Shown here one piece after another: positions 61,179-64,000 of a stretch of 64,000 nt of DNA (its first letter is position 1; every line of letters starts with the position of its first letter). The DNA is from Syntrophales bacterium (GTDB lineage: Bacteria; Desulfobacterota; Syntrophia; Syntrophales; UBA2210). A program made the translations under genes and the position numbers. The notes beneath the pieces were generated by a model, which was not told where the DNA came from, did not search any database, and saw only the letters and a list, made by a program, of their open reading frames with translations. Location: positions 480,001 to 544,000 of the forward strand of contig CAXXNF010000001.1 in assembly GCA_963666365.2 (NCBI GenBank), in the 5' to 3' direction.

Positions 61179-61946
61179 ATGAAAATAAAAGACTGTATCT
61201 GTGTGGTGACCGGCGGAGCCTCCGGCCTGGGAGAGGCCTGCACACGATTTCTGATTGCCTCCGGCGCCAGAGTTGCGATTCTCGATCGCAATATTTTTAA
61301 CGGTGAGCGACTTGCCGATGAACTTGGCAAAGACGCTCTATTTCTGGAATGCGATATCACCAATGAAGCGAGTACGGAAGAGGCCCTGAAAAAGACCGAT
61401 GAAACCTTTTGCGGGTTAAATGCCGTCATTAATTGTGCCGGCATGGGATATGCGGAAAAGGTTGCCTCAAAGCGGGGTCCGGCATCACTCTCCATTTTCG
61501 GCCAGATCGTTCAGCTCAATCTGGTCGGGACTTTCAACGTCATCCGGCTTGCCGTTCAGCATATGCTGAAAGAGGAACCCTCTGACAGTGGCGAAAGGGG
61601 CGTTATCATAAATACGGCCTCTGTGGCGGCCTTCGACGGACAGGTTGGACAGGCGGCCTACAGCGCCTCGAAGGCGGGCGTGGTCGGCATGACCCTTCCG
61701 ATTGCCCGGGAATGCGCCGACTATGGAATCAGGATTCTCACGATTGCACCGGGAGCATTCGACACTCCCCTGCTTTCCCTCCTTCCACAGGAGTCGCGGG
61801 ATGCCCTGGTCCAATCAATGGCGTTTCCCAAGCGGCTGGGGCGCACAGCGGAATTCGCGATGCTGGCCGGCCATATCATAGAAAACCAGATGCTCAACGG
61901 AGAAGTGATACGACTCGACGGTGCAATGCGCATGGCGGCCCGGTAA
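61179..61946 (+). CDS. 3-hydroxyacyl-CoA dehydrogenase type II (SDR)
   Basis: TGGASGLG, NCAG, NTASVAAFDGQVGQAAYSASK, NGEVIRLDGAMRM. Confidence 0.92.
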   Translation: MKIKDCICVVTGGASGLGEACTRFLIASGARVAILDRNIFNGERLADELGKDALFLECDITNEASTEEALKKTDETFCGLNAVINCAGMGYAEKVASKRGPASLSIFGQIVQLNLVGTFNVIRLAVQHMLKEEPSDSGERGVIINTASVAAFDGQVGQAAYSASKAGVVGMTLPIARECADYGIRILTIAPGAFDTPLLSLLPQESRDALVQSMAFPKRLGRTAEFAMLAGHIIENQMLNGEVIRLDGAMRMAAR

Positions 61947-62018
61947 ATATCCGGGTAACAAAAGAAGATTTTTCATTCGTTGGAAAACTGAACCTCCAGG
62001 ATATAAGGCAAAATAACA

Positions 62019-63086
62019 TTAATCACCTGTATGGTGATTTTCGTTTTTCTTTTGCAGGCTGCTCGCTCTTACGCCGACCAGTCTGACTTTCTTGGAAAGC
62101 TCGATTCGTTTCAGACAGGCGAAGGCCGCCTTTCGAATCTCCTCTTCCGAGTGTGTTATCCACTGAAGAGTAGTTGAACGGGTAAAGGTGGAAAAATCGT
62201 CGAATCTTATTTTTATTGTTACTGTCTTTGCCGCGTACCCATGCCGCTCCATATCTTCGACCACTTTCCTGGTCAGATCGGCCAGCGTGGCCGCAATATG
62301 CTGCCATCGGCTCACATCTTCCTGAAAGGTTGTCTCGCGGCTTACCGATTTCGGTTCCCAGTGTGTGACAAGGGGACTGTCGTCGATCCCTCTTGATGCA
62401 CGATACAGATAACGGCCGTAGGAATTACCGAAGCGTTTGAGCAGGAAATCGAGGGGAAGCGCCGCGAGCTGTCCGATGGTGTCAATCCCATGATCTCTGA
62501 GTCGGACCTCCGTTTTCGGCCCGACACCGTAAAGCTTTCTTATCGGAAGAGGCCAGAGGATGCGTTCGATATCGGCCTCTTCCAGTACCGTCAGTCCGTC
62601 GGGCTTGTTCATGTCCGAAGCGATTTTTGCCAGGAGTTTGTTGGGGGCTATACCGATGGAACAGGTCAACCCGATTTTTTCTTTGATTCCTGCCTTGATC
62701 CGTGCCGCAATTGTTTCATTGGAATCATTCTGTTCGGTAATGTCCAGAAAGGCCTCGTCAATACCCACGTCTTCCATGAGGGAGCCGACGCCCCGAAGCA
62801 CATCCTTAAACCGGATGGAAACAGCCGCATAGGCCCTGTAATCAACGGGAAGAAAGACGGCATACGCGCATAGCGCACAGGCCCTTTTCAGAGGCATCCC
62901 CGAATGGATGCCGTATTTCCGGGCCTCGTAGTTTGCCGTGGATACCACGCCTCTTTTGGACGGATCACCCCTCCCCCCGATGACGACGGGCTTTCCCGCC
63001 AGTTCAGGTCGCCGCCGCTCTTCGACGGCGGCAAAAAAGGCATCCATGTCGATATGTAGAATTCTTCTTTTACGGTATGCGGTCAA
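62019..63086 (-). CDS. dinB: DNA polymerase IV
   Basis: ILHIDMDAFFAAVE, STANYEAR, IDEAFLD, NKLLAKIASDMNKPDG, VRLVGV. Confidence 0.93.
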   Translation of the reverse strand: MTAYRKRRILHIDMDAFFAAVEERRRPELAGKPVVIGGRGDPSKRGVVSTANYEARKYGIHSGMPLKRACALCAYAVFLPVDYRAYAAVSIRFKDVLRGVGSLMEDVGIDEAFLDITEQNDSNETIAARIKAGIKEKIGLTCSIGIAPNKLLAKIASDMNKPDGLTVLEEADIERILWPLPIRKLYGVGPKTEVRLRDHGIDTIGQLAALPLDFLLKRFGNSYGRYLYRASRGIDDSPLVTHWEPKSVSRETTFQEDVSRWQHIAATLADLTRKVVEDMERHGYAAKTVTIKIRFDDFSTFTRSTTLQWITHSEEEIRKAAFACLKRIELSKKVRLVGVRASSLQKKNENHHTGD

Positions 63087-63124
63087 GATCTCGGACCCCG
63101 GCGCAAGGAGGCAGTCGGATTACA

Positions 63125-63367
63125 TTATAAAAGAATCCTCGCCAGAATGGGAACAAGAAAGAGAAGGGAAAGCACTATAATGGCACTACAGGCCCGATCG
63201 ATCCATGGCGTATGAAGCAGCGTCTCATCCCAGTCGGTCGATTCAACGGCATGACAGAGGCGTGCGAACAGGGGCGCCGCAGTCGGACGGCCGACGGTCA
63301 TTGACCGGGGATGGTTCACAATTCCTGATGAAACAGTAGCGGCTGGTTCCATGTTCGCAATCCTCAT
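63125..63367 (-). CDS. Small hypothetical protein with C-terminal TM
   Basis: Fills the lexA-dinB gap on the same strand; hydrophobic C-terminus. Confidence 0.45.
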   Translation of the reverse strand: MRIANMEPAATVSSGIVNHPRSMTVGRPTAAPLFARLCHAVESTDWDETLLHTPWIDRACSAIIVLSLLFLVPILARILL

Positions 63368-63409
63368 TTAACACCATAATCGGTTGATTCCCCGATATCT
63401 TTAGTAAAT

Positions 63410-63997
63410 TTATTTGTGGTATTTCCTTATGACGGCAGTGACGACCCCGCCCAGCCGAAGCTCGGTGCGGGGAATGATAACCGGATAGCGCGGATTCGCT
63501 GCTTCCAGGACCGTCTTTCCGCCCTCTCTTCTGAAATATTTCATGGTCCACTCACCATCGACCTCGGCAACCACCACGTCACCGTTTTTGGGTTCCCGCC
63601 CTTTTTCAACGATTACAAGATCCCCTTCCATAATCCCCGCCCCCACCATGGAATCGCCGTTCACCTGCAATATGAAGGACGTTTCGGGCCTTGCAATCAG
63701 ATACTCATCCATGGACATGATATCACAGAGGGTCTCCTCCTCGGGCGAAGGAAACCCCGCCTGGACCGACCCGACCATGGGAACGGCAAAAGACCGCGTG
63801 GTGAGCGACAGATGCCCCTTTGCATCCTTTTCGAGCATCCCGGCCTCGACAAGCTTGGCAACCCAGAAGTTGACAACGCTCTTCGATCGGACCTCCAGGA
63901 GATCGACCATCTCGGCATAGGTGGGCATTCGCCGGTTTTGGCGGAAGAACCGGACGATACGTTTTTGAACCGATTGCGGGGTGCGTTTTTCTTTCAT
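63410..63997 (-). CDS. lexA: LexA-family repressor / S24 autopeptidase
   Basis: N-terminal wHTH (RMPTYAEM..LL..RSKS), cleavage site VQAG-FP, catalytic GDSM and TMK. Confidence 0.85.
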   Translation of the reverse strand: MKEKRTPQSVQKRIVRFFRQNRRMPTYAEMVDLLEVRSKSVVNFWVAKLVEAGMLEKDAKGHLSLTTRSFAVPMVGSVQAGFPSPEEETLCDIMSMDEYLIARPETSFILQVNGDSMVGAGIMEGDLVIVEKGREPKNGDVVVAEVDGEWTMKYFRREGGKTVLEAANPRYPVIIPRTELRLGGVVTAVIRKYHK

Positions 63998-64000
63998 GGT

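Overview
Chromosomal window from an anaerobic Gram-negative bacterium; gene content suggests a deltaproteobacterium (Desulfobacterota, Syntrophales-like), which is an inference. Bases 1-15.7 kb look like core genome: peptide ABC binding protein, thrC, a LysR regulator divergent from selD, an Mla/MCE ABC system, an alanine racemase with a ~270-aa extra C-terminal domain followed by two divergent D-Ala-D-Ala ligases, a CHASE2 cyclase and tRNA-Thr(CGT). After the tRNA the window is a mosaic accessory region. It holds an 88-bp duplication of the tRNA 3' end, a decayed DUF1566 gene whose 3' end resembles a DGR variable region, sensor kinases, acyl-CoA genes, a NifX-domain/ABC/outer-membrane cluster, many gene remnants, a complete IS66 with an 8-bp target duplication, a large chimeric surface protein, a sigma-54 beta-oxidation operon and a lexA-like/dinB cassette. 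Three genes split by the ORF caller are best read as selenoproteins with an in-frame UGA and a candidate SECIS: SelD, a UxxC peroxiredoxin-like protein and a UGSC protein. Best candidates for something undescribed are the Alr-fusion/twin-Ddl module, the NifX-domain envelope transport cluster and the orphan DGR-like target. All family assignments come from motifs read by eye; no searches were run.
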